A stretch of DNA of 54,289 bases from Candidatus Woesearchaeota archaeon (GTDB lineage: Archaea > Nanobdellota > Nanobdellia > Woesearchaeales > JAHWIC01): contig JAHWIK010000001.1 in assembly GCA_019322485.1 (NCBI GenBank), forward strand, positions 1-54,289, in the 5' to 3' direction. Shown here in pieces: positions 30,395-39,864 of this stretch (within the stretch, counting starts at the first letter, position 1; every line of letters starts with the position of its first letter). The notes beneath the pieces were generated by a model. That model was given only the letters and a program-made list of their open reading frames with translations, had not been told where the DNA came from and made no database searches. The translations under genes and the position numbers were made by a program.

Positions 30395-31273
30395 TTAAAG
30401 AAGCTTCATGTCTTGAAGAATCTTCTTCCATTTCTCTTTATTAGCTGCAGACATCTCGCACATTGGAAGACGATAGACTTCTTCGCACATTCCTTTCCAT
30501 GCGAGGGCTAATTTGATTGGGATTGGATTTGTTTCTATGAACTCACCTTCAAAAAATGCAGCCAGTTCATTGTTAAGTTTTTCAGCTTCATCCATGTTTC
30601 CATTAAGTGCAGCATCAACAAATGCAACCATCTTGTCTGGGATAAAATTTGATGCAACTGAAACAACACCATTACCCCCAGCTTTGATTAAGTCAAGAGT
30701 AATGCCATCATCACCAGATAAAACACTAAATCCATCAGGCCTTTGCGCAATGACATCCTTCATCTGGTCAAGGTTTCCAGAGGCTTCTTTTACAGCATTT
30801 ATATTGCTGCAGTCCTTTACCAATCTCATTAATGTAGGGGTTTCTACATTAATCCCTGTCCTCCCTTTGATATTGTACACAACAATTGGAATACTTACTG
30901 CATCTGCGACAGCCTTAAAGTGCCTGTACAACCCTTCCTGAGTAGGCTTGTTATAGTAAGGGTTAACAACCAAGCAGGCATCTGCACCAGCTTCAGCAGC
31001 GTGTTTTGTCAGCCTTATTGCTTCAGCAGTTGCATTTGAGCCTGTTCCAGCTATAACTGTACATCTTTTGTTGACCCATTCAATGACTTTTCCAATTACC
31101 TCATCATGCTCTTCATGACTTAGGGTTGGGCTCTCACCAGTTGTACCCATTGGCACTATGCCAGCTACCTTATTCTCTATTTGAAACTCTACAAGTTTCT
31201 TTAAAGCATCCCAATCAACAGAGCCATCCCCCTTGAATGGCGTTACAATAGCAGTAAAAACTCCTTTGAACAT
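30395..31273 (-). CDS. dapA: 4-hydroxy-tetrahydrodipicolinate synthase.
   Basis: GTTGE, YNxP and catalytic Lys motifs. 292 aa. Confidence 0.9.
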   Translation of the reverse strand: MFKGVFTAIVTPFKGDGSVDWDALKKLVEFQIENKVAGIVPMGTTGESPTLSHEEHDEVIGKVIEWVNKRCTVIAGTGSNATAEAIRLTKHAAEAGADACLVVNPYYNKPTQEGLYRHFKAVADAVSIPIVVYNIKGRTGINVETPTLMRLVKDCSNINAVKEASGNLDQMKDVIAQRPDGFSVLSGDDGITLDLIKAGGNGVVSVASNFIPDKMVAFVDAALNGNMDEAEKLNNELAAFFEGEFIETNPIPIKLALAWKGMCEEVYRLPMCEMSAANKEKWKKILQDMKLL

Positions 31274-31288
31274 TTTGTTAACCTCCGA

Positions 31289-32053
31289 TTATTTTATAAC
31301 ATCAACCATCATATCGTTTATCTCAAAAAATCCTTTTTTGTCGTTAATCCATTCAGCAGCCATTAATGCTCCTAAAGCAAAGCCATTTCTGCTGCGGGCA
31401 GTATGCTTAAGCTCAATTGTGTCGGCTGTGCTGTCAAAGCCAACAACATGCGTGCCTGGGATATCACCGCCGCGGACACTGGCGAAATGAAGCTCATCTG
31501 GTTCTATTTTACGTGCAAGCTTGTCAAATACCAGTTTATTCTTCCTGTCAATATTATCAACCAAAATCTTGCCGATTGATTTTGCTGTCCCTGACGGGCT
31601 GTCTTTCTTTCTGTTATGGTGCAGTTCGTAGCCGAATATGTCGTAATCTTCAATATTATTGATTATTTTGGCAGCAACCCTGGCAATCCTATAAAATACA
31701 TTGACCCCTATTGAAAAGTTTGATGCATAGACAAAGCCGGTCTCTGATTTTTCGATTACCCTCTTTGCTTCATCGAGCTTATCCAGCCAGCCGGTTGTGG
31801 CCATAACGTGATTCTTTCCAAGCTCTGCGATTCTTTTGGCATTCGCAACAGCAACCTCTGGGAGGGAAAACTCTATGCAGACATCTACATCATTCAATGA
31901 TTCCCCATTAATCTCCTTATGTGTAGCTCCATCTGCTATCGGGTCTATTATTGACTTGATTGTTATTCCTTTCTCTATAGCGAGCTTTTCAACCATATGC
32001 CCCATTTTGCCGTATCCGATTATTGCAATGTTTATCTTGACCACCCCGGTCAC
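31289..32053 (-). CDS. dapB: 4-hydroxy-tetrahydrodipicolinate reductase.
   Basis: N-terminal IAIIGYGKMG Rossmann motif and the characteristic DapB core. 254 aa. Confidence 0.85.
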   Translation of the reverse strand: MTGVVKINIAIIGYGKMGHMVEKLAIEKGITIKSIIDPIADGATHKEINGESLNDVDVCIEFSLPEVAVANAKRIAELGKNHVMATTGWLDKLDEAKRVIEKSETGFVYASNFSIGVNVFYRIARVAAKIINNIEDYDIFGYELHHNRKKDSPSGTAKSIGKILVDNIDRKNKLVFDKLARKIEPDELHFASVRGGDIPGTHVVGFDSTADTIELKHTARSRNGFALGALMAAEWINDKKGFFEINDMMVDVIK

Positions 32054-32269
32054 TGATATTTAATGTTGATTTATATAATTTTATGTGTTCGAAAATACTC
32101 TTTTAGCTAGCTAGAAAAGGGAAAACTTTAAATATAGATATAAACCTGATGTTATAATAGTAACAAAAAGTTCGCAATCAATAAAATAGGCAAACTTTTT
32201 GAACTTAAAGCTTCGTCTATCCATATTTATTTTAGCGAACCTTTAAGTAACGAATTGTGAGATAATAGG

Positions 32270-32944
32270 ATGGTAACTGTAAGCCACTTGGTAAAGAAGA
32301 TAATTAATGACAAGCCTTTCCTAGAAGAAGCTCTAAGCCAGAAGCTGATAAGCTACGGCAACCTTGCTGAGCAGATAAAGTCAAAGATAGAAGAAGAGCT
32401 TGGCAAAGAGGTAAAGCATTCTGCTATTGTTATGGCTTTACGCCGCTATTCGGATGAGATTGAGGAAAAACACATAAAGACAGCTCCTTTTGATTACAGC
32501 TCTGAGATTACTATGAAGACTAATCTCTGTGATTTCTGTGTTGTAAAAAGCCCAAGCCTGCTTGCAAAGTTAAGGCAGCTATACAGCCTGGTTAATTTTG
32601 AGCGCGGCGATACCTTAAATGTTATTTTGGGCAACTATGAGATTTCAATAATCATCAATGAGCGGTATAAGGATAAACTAACCAAATTCCTTAAGGGAGA
32701 GAAGATATTGGGGAAGGAATCTAATCTAGCTGCCCTCACCATTGGGTTCAAGGGTGACTTTTTGCACACACCTGGAATAGTATTTAATGTTGTCAGGAAG
32801 CTTGCATGGGAGAATATCAACATATATGAGATAGTTTCAACACTGACAGAACTCACGCTTATACTGAGCAAGAAGGATTCTATAAAGGCATATGATTCAT
32901 TATATAATCTGGTAGGCAAAGAGAAAAAGAAGAAATCAAAGTAG
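32270..32944 (+). CDS. Hypothetical protein with a C-terminal ACT-like segment. It is divergent from the dap operon and may be regulatory.
   Basis: 224 aa. The C-terminal ALTIGFKGDFLHTPGIVFNVVRKLAWENINIYEIVSTLTELTLIL resembles aspartate-kinase ACT modules. Confidence 0.35.
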   Translation: MVTVSHLVKKIINDKPFLEEALSQKLISYGNLAEQIKSKIEEELGKEVKHSAIVMALRRYSDEIEEKHIKTAPFDYSSEITMKTNLCDFCVVKSPSLLAKLRQLYSLVNFERGDTLNVILGNYEISIIINERYKDKLTKFLKGEKILGKESNLAALTIGFKGDFLHTPGIVFNVVRKLAWENINIYEIVSTLTELTLILSKKDSIKAYDSLYNLVGKEKKKKSK

Positions 32945-33991
32945 CTATCTATTTACAAGTAATCTTGCGATTAGGTATATCAATAGGCCTACTCCAATGG
33001 TTGAGCCTATTAAGAGGGTAAGTATTGATGACCCGCTGAATGAACTTCTTTCAGTTGTAACCCTTCCTCCACTTGTTGGGGTAATGTAATTTACAGGCTG
33101 CGTTGGCTGCGTTGGCTGTGTTGTTACATATGTGCCTGGCTGGGTTTGTGTTGGCGGCTGTTGCTGCGTGAAGGTTTGTGTTCCAGTGGATTGTGTGCTG
33201 CATCCCTCCTTTTTTATTGTGAGTGTTCTTCTGACACTTGTTTTGTCGTCGTTGCAGTATGCAAGGATATAGAGGTAATATTCACCATTTGGCATATTGT
33301 ATGTGTTTATTGTTTCTGTTATTGGGGTGATATCGCCTTCATCCATATTCAAATCACTTTTTTCAATGTGAACCCCTATTGCGCTGTTCTCTATTAAATA
33401 CCTCACATCCTTTTCATTGGCGCCTCCTGTGTTTATGATGTCAAATGAAAGAGTGACACTTGGATCGCATACAATACTGCTCTTGCTTAGTTTAAGATTG
33501 TTTATTGCTAATTCATGCTCTGGTTTGCGTATTTCTATCCTGTGGTCAAATATAAATTCATAATTATCGTTGTCCTCTGATTCAGCATCTACCTCTAATT
33601 CAACTTTGAAATCATTATCATATGTTGCAAACGGAATCTCAAATTCCAGGATTATGGTGCCGCTTTCTTCCGGCTTTACCTCAACATCATCATCAGTTCG
33701 GAGGCTCCTGCCGTCATTAATATCCCTGATTTCTCCTTCTAATGCAACATCAATATCAATATCTTCCTCTTCAGTGAACTCATTCTTGAATGTGCCTTTT
33801 ATTTGAAGCAGTGAGCCAGGGCGCACAATAATCTCTTCGTTTTCCTCAAGCTTGTCTCTTTCACCGTTAACAATTGCATACACAGCCTCAATAACAAAAT
33901 TCCCGTCTCCGCTGGTATACCTCTGGGCACTTGCAAAACTGCTTAATAGAATCAGATACACTACTATAAATGTAAGTTCTTTAAACCTCAT
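32945..33991 (-). CDS. Secreted or surface protein with an N-terminal signal peptide, an acidic domain, a Thr/Pro/Gln-rich linker and a C-terminal TM anchor (resembling an archaeosortase-type sorting signal, though without a PGF motif).
   Basis: MRFKELTFIVVYLILLSSFASAQ signal. C-terminus TQQQPPTQTQPGTY...SSFSGSSILTLLIGSTIGVGLLIYLIARLLVNR. Confidence 0.6.
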   Translation of the reverse strand: MRFKELTFIVVYLILLSSFASAQRYTSGDGNFVIEAVYAIVNGERDKLEENEEIIVRPGSLLQIKGTFKNEFTEEEDIDIDVALEGEIRDINDGRSLRTDDDVEVKPEESGTIILEFEIPFATYDNDFKVELEVDAESEDNDNYEFIFDHRIEIRKPEHELAINNLKLSKSSIVCDPSVTLSFDIINTGGANEKDVRYLIENSAIGVHIEKSDLNMDEGDITPITETINTYNMPNGEYYLYILAYCNDDKTSVRRTLTIKKEGCSTQSTGTQTFTQQQPPTQTQPGTYVTTQPTQPTQPVNYITPTSGGRVTTERSSFSGSSILTLLIGSTIGVGLLIYLIARLLVNR

Positions 33992-34062
33992 AATGCCCCC
34001 ACGTTAGCACTTAAGTGTAGTTATTATATTTAAAGGTTTGCTTAAATAGCCTAACAGGGGGT

Positions 34063-35190
34063 TTACCCCCAAGAAATGTACCTGATGCTGTAGCTGTACT
34101 CTGTACCATAGTCAGAAGTCTTTAGCATTAATCCAGTGCCGGGGGGAATTACAAATTCTTCATTGATTTCCTTCATAGACCTGTATTCTTTTATGGAGTC
34201 TATACTCTTTCTTTTTATACAGTCTTGCTGTGCATCATCATATGTTACAAAATAAGCGCTGATACCTTTGGTTGATTCTAGCTCAAACCTTACTTTAATG
34301 TCTTTGTCAAAAGGCAGGTTCTCATTGTATATTTTTGCTACTCCACTACATTGCTTGGGTTCCATTTCTCCTTCTGCACTAAACTCACTTACAGAAAGGA
34401 AGCCAACTGCCACAACCAATTTGTCCTTTAGATAGACGCCTATTCCAATATCAGAGTATTGCTCAAGCAGCTTTTCTTTTGCCCAAGGGTCCTTAAACCA
34501 GGAGATTACAATTTGTTCTGCAATATAGTCCTCATCTTTTGTTGTGCTTAGTTCTTCTCCATAGATTACTCCATCTGTGTAGAATGTGAATATATTCTCT
34601 TTGCTTAGTGTTTCTAAAGCTGATTTCTTATCAGAAGGCTTAAAGCCAGGGCTTCCTACTTTTTCTGCATACTCTCTTGCGCTGTCTGCAATCCTGCTTG
34701 ATGACTTTAATTCACTAAGGCCCTGGTTCTTTCTTCTTGTGTTAATGTAACCAACAACCTTTGACTCAATCTCACTGTAATCTAGTTTAGAAGCATCGAA
34801 TTTGATGTTGCTCATATAATCTTTTTTAATGTAGAATCCTTTCCCTTCCCGCTTTAAATCATCTTCTTCAAGCTGAAATTGAGTTTCATAGCCTCTGCCT
34901 TTGTATTCCCATTTCAGGGTTATTATCCCTTCTGACAGCTCATTTACATCAGCTTCAAGTGTTCCGTTTGAGGTTTTTCCGAGGTATTTGCTTCCCAGAT
35001 ATACATCTCCATTAAGGGCCTCTTTTGTGTCTTCTGCAAAGAATGTTATTGTATATCCATCAGAAGGCTCTGGAAGAAGAAAACCAATGATAACCAACAA
35101 AATAATTAAGCCAAAGAAGATACCAACACTCCAAATAGCAAACCTCTTTATTTTTCCCAAGATGTTGAGATTTTGCTTCTTTTTTTTCAT
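34063..35190 (-). CDS. Membrane-anchored extracellular protein with a CAP (SCP/PR-1-like) domain.
   Basis: N-terminal TM helix. CAP-like YINTRRKNQGLSELKSSSRIADSAREYAEK...DIGIGV segment. Confidence 0.5.
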   Translation of the reverse strand: MKKKKQNLNILGKIKRFAIWSVGIFFGLIILLVIIGFLLPEPSDGYTITFFAEDTKEALNGDVYLGSKYLGKTSNGTLEADVNELSEGIITLKWEYKGRGYETQFQLEEDDLKREGKGFYIKKDYMSNIKFDASKLDYSEIESKVVGYINTRRKNQGLSELKSSSRIADSAREYAEKVGSPGFKPSDKKSALETLSKENIFTFYTDGVIYGEELSTTKDEDYIAEQIVISWFKDPWAKEKLLEQYSDIGIGVYLKDKLVVAVGFLSVSEFSAEGEMEPKQCSGVAKIYNENLPFDKDIKVRFELESTKGISAYFVTYDDAQQDCIKRKSIDSIKEYRSMKEINEEFVIPPGTGLMLKTSDYGTEYSYSIRYISWG

Positions 35191-35268
35191 AGTGTATTGT
35201 AATGGATTATACTATATAAATGTTGATGTTGTAGCAAGGGATACGACAAGTGAAATATAAGAAAAAAA

Positions 35269-35390
35269 TGGGCTCAAAGGGACTTTCGTGCCGTATTGCT
35301 GTGCAATTAACGGCGTTCGAACCCTCGACCTATCGCTTTCTTCCTTATGGGTAAGAGGCGATCGCTCTAACCAGGCTGAGCTATGAGCCC
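35269..35390 (-). tRNA. tRNA-Lys(CUU) with two predicted introns: a 14-nt intron at canonical position 37/38 and a ~33-nt intron in the T-loop (59/60). No encoded CCA. Followed by a T7 tract.
   Basis: Reverse complement reads GGGCTCA TA GCTC AGCCTGGTTA GAGC G ATCGC CTCTTA[CCCATAAGGAAGAA]A GCGAT AGGTC GAGGG TTCGAA[CGCCGTTAATTGCACAGCAATACGGCACGAAAG]T CCCTT TGAGCCC A. All four stems pair. U33 is present. The T-loop is TTCGAAT after intron removal. The second intron forms the hairpin GCCGT...ACGGC. Confidence 0.75.
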
Positions 35391-35412
35391 ATACCTTCTA
35401 AGAATTAATAAT

Positions 35413-35425
35413 CACTTTAAAAAAC
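35413..35425 (-). promoter_or_regulatory. TATA-box-like element (TTTAAA) about 27 nt upstream of the tRNA 5' end.
   Basis: The minus strand reads ttttttaaagtgattattaattcttagaaggtat followed by GGGCTC. Confidence 0.4.
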
Positions 35426-35437
35426 TTTTCAAAAGAA

Positions 35438-35782
35438 TCAAACCATCTTCAGTTTTCCGGTAACTTTGTCAATCTCTTTCTCTTCATCTGGGCCTATCCC
35501 TAAGCAGGTTACTGTTCCTGGCTCTACAACTGTTTTCCCAGCGTCTTCTACAACTGCTGTTACAAGGCCGGCATCATCTGCTTCCTGCTTGTATTTGAAC
35601 AACTCATCTACATCTTTTACCTTTAGAACAATCTTCTTCATCCCAGCATCTTTCCAGTCAGCAATAAGCGCTTTGCTGCTTTTCAATAAAGCACCAACAG
35701 AAGCATGGCTAACCTGGGCTGCAAGCTTTCCTTTTGGAAGCTTTAGGTCCTGCCTGACTAATATAACCTGTTTTAATGCCAT
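35438..35782 (-). CDS. pth2: Peptidyl-tRNA hydrolase, PTH2 (archaeal/eukaryotic type).
   Basis: MALKQVILVRQDLKLPKGKLAAQVSHASVGA, typical PTH2. 114 aa. Confidence 0.85.
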   Translation of the reverse strand: MALKQVILVRQDLKLPKGKLAAQVSHASVGALLKSSKALIADWKDAGMKKIVLKVKDVDELFKYKQEADDAGLVTAVVEDAGKTVVEPGTVTCLGIGPDEEKEIDKVTGKLKMV

Positions 35783-35989
35783 ATCCTAGAACCACATTTG
35801 GTTGTTTTTATACTTTTCGATAGTAAAATACATGTGCCCACTCTTGGTTCCTAATAAATCTTTAAATAAAATACATTCATATAAATTATCATGAGAGATA
35901 ATAAAAACAATCTTAAGGATTGGGGGAATATATATCCAGACATTGAGCTTCCTAAATGGATGAGAGAGCCTAGGTCCTTAAAAGAAAAG

Positions 35990-37060
35990 CTAGATTTCTA
36001 ATTTCTTTCCATCAACCTTGATTACAGGATCCTTAAATACCTGGTCCAGGTGTATTATAGAATAGATTGAGCCGCCAAACCAATGGTTTGAGCCAATGCC
36101 TATATGGGCAGTTCCCAGGGTTTTCTCGTCTATCACTGTTGAGCCGATAATGCTTGCCTTTGGGTTAACGCCTATACCGAATTCACCAATCCTCCTTACC
36201 ATGTTTGGATGCTTTGACTTAGCTGCAGCCCAGCTGAGCGTGCGCTCAAGTTTTTCTGCCTCCTCTCCGCCGTGGATATGCGCGATGCTTCCGTCTTCTA
36301 TGACTAAGGTGATTGGTTTTTTAATCAAGGTGGTATACTTATGGGTTCTTGAGCTTCCATCAATCACAATCCTTCCTTCAGCCCTTCTCCCATTTATGGG
36401 TATGTACACCTCTCCAGCAGGCAGGTTGCCGCCATAACCCGGTGAGGCGTAAGCGCCGTCTGCAGAGACTGCTTTCATGCCGTTCACATTAAAATGAAGG
36501 TCTGTTCCAGCCTTTGTTTTTATATGCAGGTCTGAACCTACATCCAGTATTTGTTTTATTTTTTCCTGCTGCGTCTGCAGAGGCTTATAATTAATATCAA
36601 TAGCAGATATAATAGAACTTACCTGATTTGTAGGCAGGCAGCCAAGGCTCATTGCTGATACGAACCTGAAATTCTTTTTTATGCACAGTTTCCTAAAACT
36701 TTTTCCCAGGTCTTCCAGGGAACCAAGTTTGTCTGAGCCATTGACGATTACTACGCTGTTCTCTTCCAGGTTTTCCAGCGCAGTTATGACATCATCATCA
36801 GCTTGCTGCCCGCGGCTCTTAATGTTCTGCAGGACAAGTTTTGTGTTTAGTCTCAGGGATTCAGCTGCAAGGTAGTAACCAGCTGATAAGGCTGCAGCTA
36901 CTCTTCTGCTCTTCAAACCTTTATCGCCTACTATCAACACCTTTTCATTCTGAACACCTAAGCAGGGGGTGAAGATATTCTTTAAAGAGAAAGAGGCATT
37001 CCTTGCAAGCTCGTATAGGTTATTCTTTCTGACCCATTCCAATGATTCAACAGTCTCCAT
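35990..37060 (-). CDS. Putative aminopeptidase (M29 / AmpS-like family).
   Basis: 356 aa. EGRIVIDG and TAHIGIGSN motifs resemble thermophilic aminopeptidase T. Assignment is by memory only. Confidence 0.4.
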   Translation of the reverse strand: METVESLEWVRKNNLYELARNASFSLKNIFTPCLGVQNEKVLIVGDKGLKSRRVAAALSAGYYLAAESLRLNTKLVLQNIKSRGQQADDDVITALENLEENSVVIVNGSDKLGSLEDLGKSFRKLCIKKNFRFVSAMSLGCLPTNQVSSIISAIDINYKPLQTQQEKIKQILDVGSDLHIKTKAGTDLHFNVNGMKAVSADGAYASPGYGGNLPAGEVYIPINGRRAEGRIVIDGSSRTHKYTTLIKKPITLVIEDGSIAHIHGGEEAEKLERTLSWAAAKSKHPNMVRRIGEFGIGVNPKASIIGSTVIDEKTLGTAHIGIGSNHWFGGSIYSIIHLDQVFKDPVIKVDGKKLEI

Positions 37061-37118
37061 AGTGATATCAGTTAGGGTGCGGGTTTTTAAATTTTTTTAT
37101 TTTAATGGAGTAGTAGAA

Positions 37119-37616
37119 TTAGGCTTCAAGCTCTTTTATCCTTTCTTTGATGTTATCTATTGTTTTACCATTATCCTGCTGATTTAATAGGGAGCCGCAT
37201 TCTGGGCATTTAAACTGAGATTCAGTAGCCTGGTCAAAATCAAGCCTTGCGCAGGCCTTGGTGCATATGAAGAAATTTCCTTTGTTTTCCTCTTCCCGTT
37301 TTAATTGATCCTTTAATTTCTCTAATTTTTCTCTCTTTAGCCTGTCCATAAGGTCTTTTACCCTTTTCCTGTTGAATGTCCAGTAGCTTATATACCATCC
37401 TTTCTTCCTGTCTTTCTTTCTTATGTATGATGCTACATTAAAATCATTAAGCTTGTAAAGTATATGCCTGGTTGTCTGCATGTCAAGTTTTGTTTTTTCA
37501 GCAACTAAGAACTCAGAAACATTCTTTCTGTCCTTTAGATATTTAACTATTACAATGCCGGGTTCTCCAACAATCCCTTCTATTACTTCGAATAGCTTTT
37601 TATTGGTCAGTATCAT
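37119..37616 (-). CDS. tfe: Transcription factor E (TFIIE-alpha homolog).
   Basis: N-terminal winged helix (EPGIVIVKYLKDRKNVSEFLVAEKTKLDMQTTRHILYKL) plus a C-terminal Zn ribbon (CTKACARLDFDQATESQFKCPECGS). 165 aa. Confidence 0.8.
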   Translation of the reverse strand: MILTNKKLFEVIEGIVGEPGIVIVKYLKDRKNVSEFLVAEKTKLDMQTTRHILYKLNDFNVASYIRKKDRKKGWYISYWTFNRKRVKDLMDRLKREKLEKLKDQLKREEENKGNFFICTKACARLDFDQATESQFKCPECGSLLNQQDNGKTIDNIKERIKELEA

Positions 37617-37826
37617 TTTTTCATTACACTATCTAACCTATCTTCTCCCCTTTTTAAATACCCCCTTAGAACCAGTGAGGTCCTAGTATTACTTCCTTGT
37701 AATAACTTATATATAAATGTTTCGGTATTTTAAGGTTTATATAATTACATTTAACTACTCCATAGTAGTCAAAAATAGAAAGATTTATATACTAGTTCCA
37801 CTTATGTATGTATAGAATATGTATAA

Positions 37827-38594
37827 ATGAAAATGTACGGAAAACCAGAATTTGTTGTTTCAGTGAAAACAGATGTGGAAAAAGGAATTTATAAAGGCAC
37901 TCAATTAAGATTCTATATACAGAAACTTTCACAGGGTGGAGATGATTTAGTATGGCAAGTTTATTTTTTCTCAAGAGCCCAGCGTGAGCTTGTAGGCAGA
38001 TTAATTGGTGATGTTGTAGAAAGTGGTTATGACATTGATGAGGAATATAGTTTGTTTACACAAGGCTTTCAGCCTAGTGTAGCTGGAACATGTATTGTGA
38101 AGGATGGGCAAGAAACTATGGGAGCTATAGCTGCTATGAGGACAATGATTGATTTGTGCCCTGATGAGCAAAGGGACACCTTGGAAGATGCCTTATATGC
38201 AAGGGATAAGGACAAGGTAGCAGAATTAGTGGCAGGAATTCCCTCACTTTCAGAATGCCATAGAACGTATACAGAATATGTAGCTAAAGAGAGACTCGCT
38301 AAATTGTCTCCTTTTGAGAGTCCTACAAACTATACACCTACACCAGATGACTTTAATCTAGTGAGATCTGTTTGTGTTTTTCCTGGAGAGATTGCTAATC
38401 TTGCAAGACTTGTGGGTGCAGTTAGTGGTGAAGGGAGTAGGAGGAATGTAGCTAGCCCAGAGAAAGCGCAATCTAATATCGCTCTTAAAGCCGCATCTGG
38501 TCACTATCTGAATGATGAAAAGTATAGGTCTTTGGGCACAGTCTTGGTTAGAGATGTAACTAAAACTAAAGCTTATTTAGAAGGAATACAATAA
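37827..38594 (+). CDS. Hypothetical protein (255 aa). First gene of a tightly packed eight-gene co-directional block.
   Basis: ORF with no recognisable motif. The downstream genes abut or overlap it. Confidence 0.5.
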   Translation: MKMYGKPEFVVSVKTDVEKGIYKGTQLRFYIQKLSQGGDDLVWQVYFFSRAQRELVGRLIGDVVESGYDIDEEYSLFTQGFQPSVAGTCIVKDGQETMGAIAAMRTMIDLCPDEQRDTLEDALYARDKDKVAELVAGIPSLSECHRTYTEYVAKERLAKLSPFESPTNYTPTPDDFNLVRSVCVFPGEIANLARLVGAVSGEGSRRNVASPEKAQSNIALKAASGHYLNDEKYRSLGTVLVRDVTKTKAYLEGIQ

Positions 38595-38595
38595 T

Positions 38596-38739
38596 ATGAA
38601 AACATTCACTTTAACCAAAAAAATTGCAAAACACGGTTCTCAATCTATTATAGTTATACCTAGGCTTTTGGAGGATGAGCTAAGGCCGCAGACTATTGTA
38701 AAGCTGACTATAGATATACTTAAAAAACCAACAAAATGA
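38596..38739 (+). CDS. Small AbrB/MazE-like (swapped-hairpin) putative DNA-binding protein, 47 aa.
   Basis: MKTFTLTKKIAKHGSQSIIVIPRLLEDELRPQTIVKLTID. Its ATG is 1 nt after the upstream stop, and its stop overlaps the next ATG (ATGA). Confidence 0.4.
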   Translation: MKTFTLTKKIAKHGSQSIIVIPRLLEDELRPQTIVKLTIDILKKPTK

Positions 38740-38891
38740 AAGAGCAAATATTAAATAAACTTGGAAACATTAATGATTATGATAGTTTTGAAGAGGTTTA
38801 TACTATATTTAGGAATATAGAACTTATGCTTAAATTAAAAAAGAAAGGTTTTAAATCAGAAAACAAATTTGCAGGTTATAAGGCATCGTAA
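38736..38891 (+). CDS. Hypothetical 51-aa protein.
   Basis: MKEQILNKLGNINDYDSFEEVYTIFRNIELMLKLKKKGFKSENKFAGYKAS. Translationally coupled on both sides. Confidence 0.3.
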   Translation: MKEQILNKLGNINDYDSFEEVYTIFRNIELMLKLKKKGFKSENKFAGYKAS

Positions 38892-38892
38892 A

Positions 38893-39339
38893 ATGGGATA
38901 TCAAGCAAATCACGGACCAGGCCAGAATGCAAGCTACCAGCACGGGGATGCTGGACCAAATGAGGCTTATTTTGATAAAGAGGGAGATGATTCTCCTTTT
39001 GAACATTATAAAGACAGTCAGTATGATAAGAAGGATGACAATCCTCTTAGTGGCGATTATACCAAGAACCAGGAAGAGGAGCAGAAAAAGGGTGAAGAAA
39101 AGAAAGAAAACACACTTATAGACAACATCAAGAAAGAGGAGGAGAAATCAAAGGAAAGAGGAGGTTCATCTGGAGGCAGTATTTCAAAGAAAGCAGCTGA
39201 TGAAATAAGGCATGAGCAGATGGCTGCAAGCAATAGATTAGCTAATCCTGCTAAAAAGAAGACTGAATCACATAAATCAATAGATGAGGCAATAAGGGAT
39301 GCTTCCAAGGATAAGAAAGAGGTTTTTGTGCTAAAATAA
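38893..39339 (+). CDS. Highly charged, low-complexity (intrinsically disordered-like) protein.
   Basis: MGYQANHGPGQNASYQHGD...EEEQKKGEEKKEN...GGSSGGS. The track ORF starts at an upstream TTG (38869), but the ATG at 38893 directly follows the previous stop. Confidence 0.45.
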   Translation: MGYQANHGPGQNASYQHGDAGPNEAYFDKEGDDSPFEHYKDSQYDKKDDNPLSGDYTKNQEEEQKKGEEKKENTLIDNIKKEEEKSKERGGSSGGSISKKAADEIRHEQMAASNRLANPAKKKTESHKSIDEAIRDASKDKKEVFVLK

Positions 39340-39340
39340 A

Positions 39341-39832
39341 ATGGGATGCAACAACTGCTACAATGTAAGCTATCACCCTTGTAATTCAAACTATGCATTT
39401 TCAGGTGACTGCAATGTTGTAGCTGAATATTTCTTGAATAGCGACCTTCCTGCCTATACTGCTAGATTTTACAGCCCAACACCCCAGGAGGTTTTTAGCG
39501 ACTTTAGGTATGACAGGGTTGGTCTTGATTATTCTGGTTCAAAAGAAATGGTTGAGGCTGCTAGAGGCTTAGATGTAGATATTCCAAGAGGCTCTGTGGT
39601 CATTGAAGGCGGAGGTGCACCTAGTTCAAGGGCTTTGATTCCTTTGCCTAAGAATGAGGTTGCGGATGAGGTTCAAAAGGAGATAAGAAAAGCGCAGGAA
39701 GAAGTAGCTGGAAAAGAGCTTGTTTTAAGGGAATTACAGGTTGATGAGCTAATCCTAAGAAGGATACGAAAAAGAGAGATTGTTATTAAGGACAGCAAAG
39801 ATAAGAAGTCAAGGAAGATAATTGACCAGTAA
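39341..39832 (+). CDS. Hypothetical protein with a Cys-rich N-terminus (MGCNNCYNVSYHPCNSNYAFSGDC) and a basic C-terminal tail.
   Basis: 163-aa ORF starting 1 nt after the previous stop. Confidence 0.45.
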   Translation: MGCNNCYNVSYHPCNSNYAFSGDCNVVAEYFLNSDLPAYTARFYSPTPQEVFSDFRYDRVGLDYSGSKEMVEAARGLDVDIPRGSVVIEGGGAPSSRALIPLPKNEVADEVQKEIRKAQEEVAGKELVLRELQVDELILRRIRKREIVIKDSKDKKSRKIIDQ

Positions 39833-39864
39833 TCTTTATATAATACTCTCTAATTTCTTTTTTT

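Noticed and set aside
35889-35999. 36-aa ORF (MRDNKNNLKDWGNIYPDIELPKWMREPRSLKEKLDF) in the pth2-aminopeptidase intergenic region.
   Set aside because: Too short, no motif, and it overlaps the 3' end of the minus-strand aminopeptidase gene.
19969-38594. Similar N-termini of the 373-aa protein (MKMVYHRKPGTEY) and the 255-aa protein (MKMYGKPEF).
   Set aside because: The similarity does not extend beyond ~10 residues. Likely coincidence.
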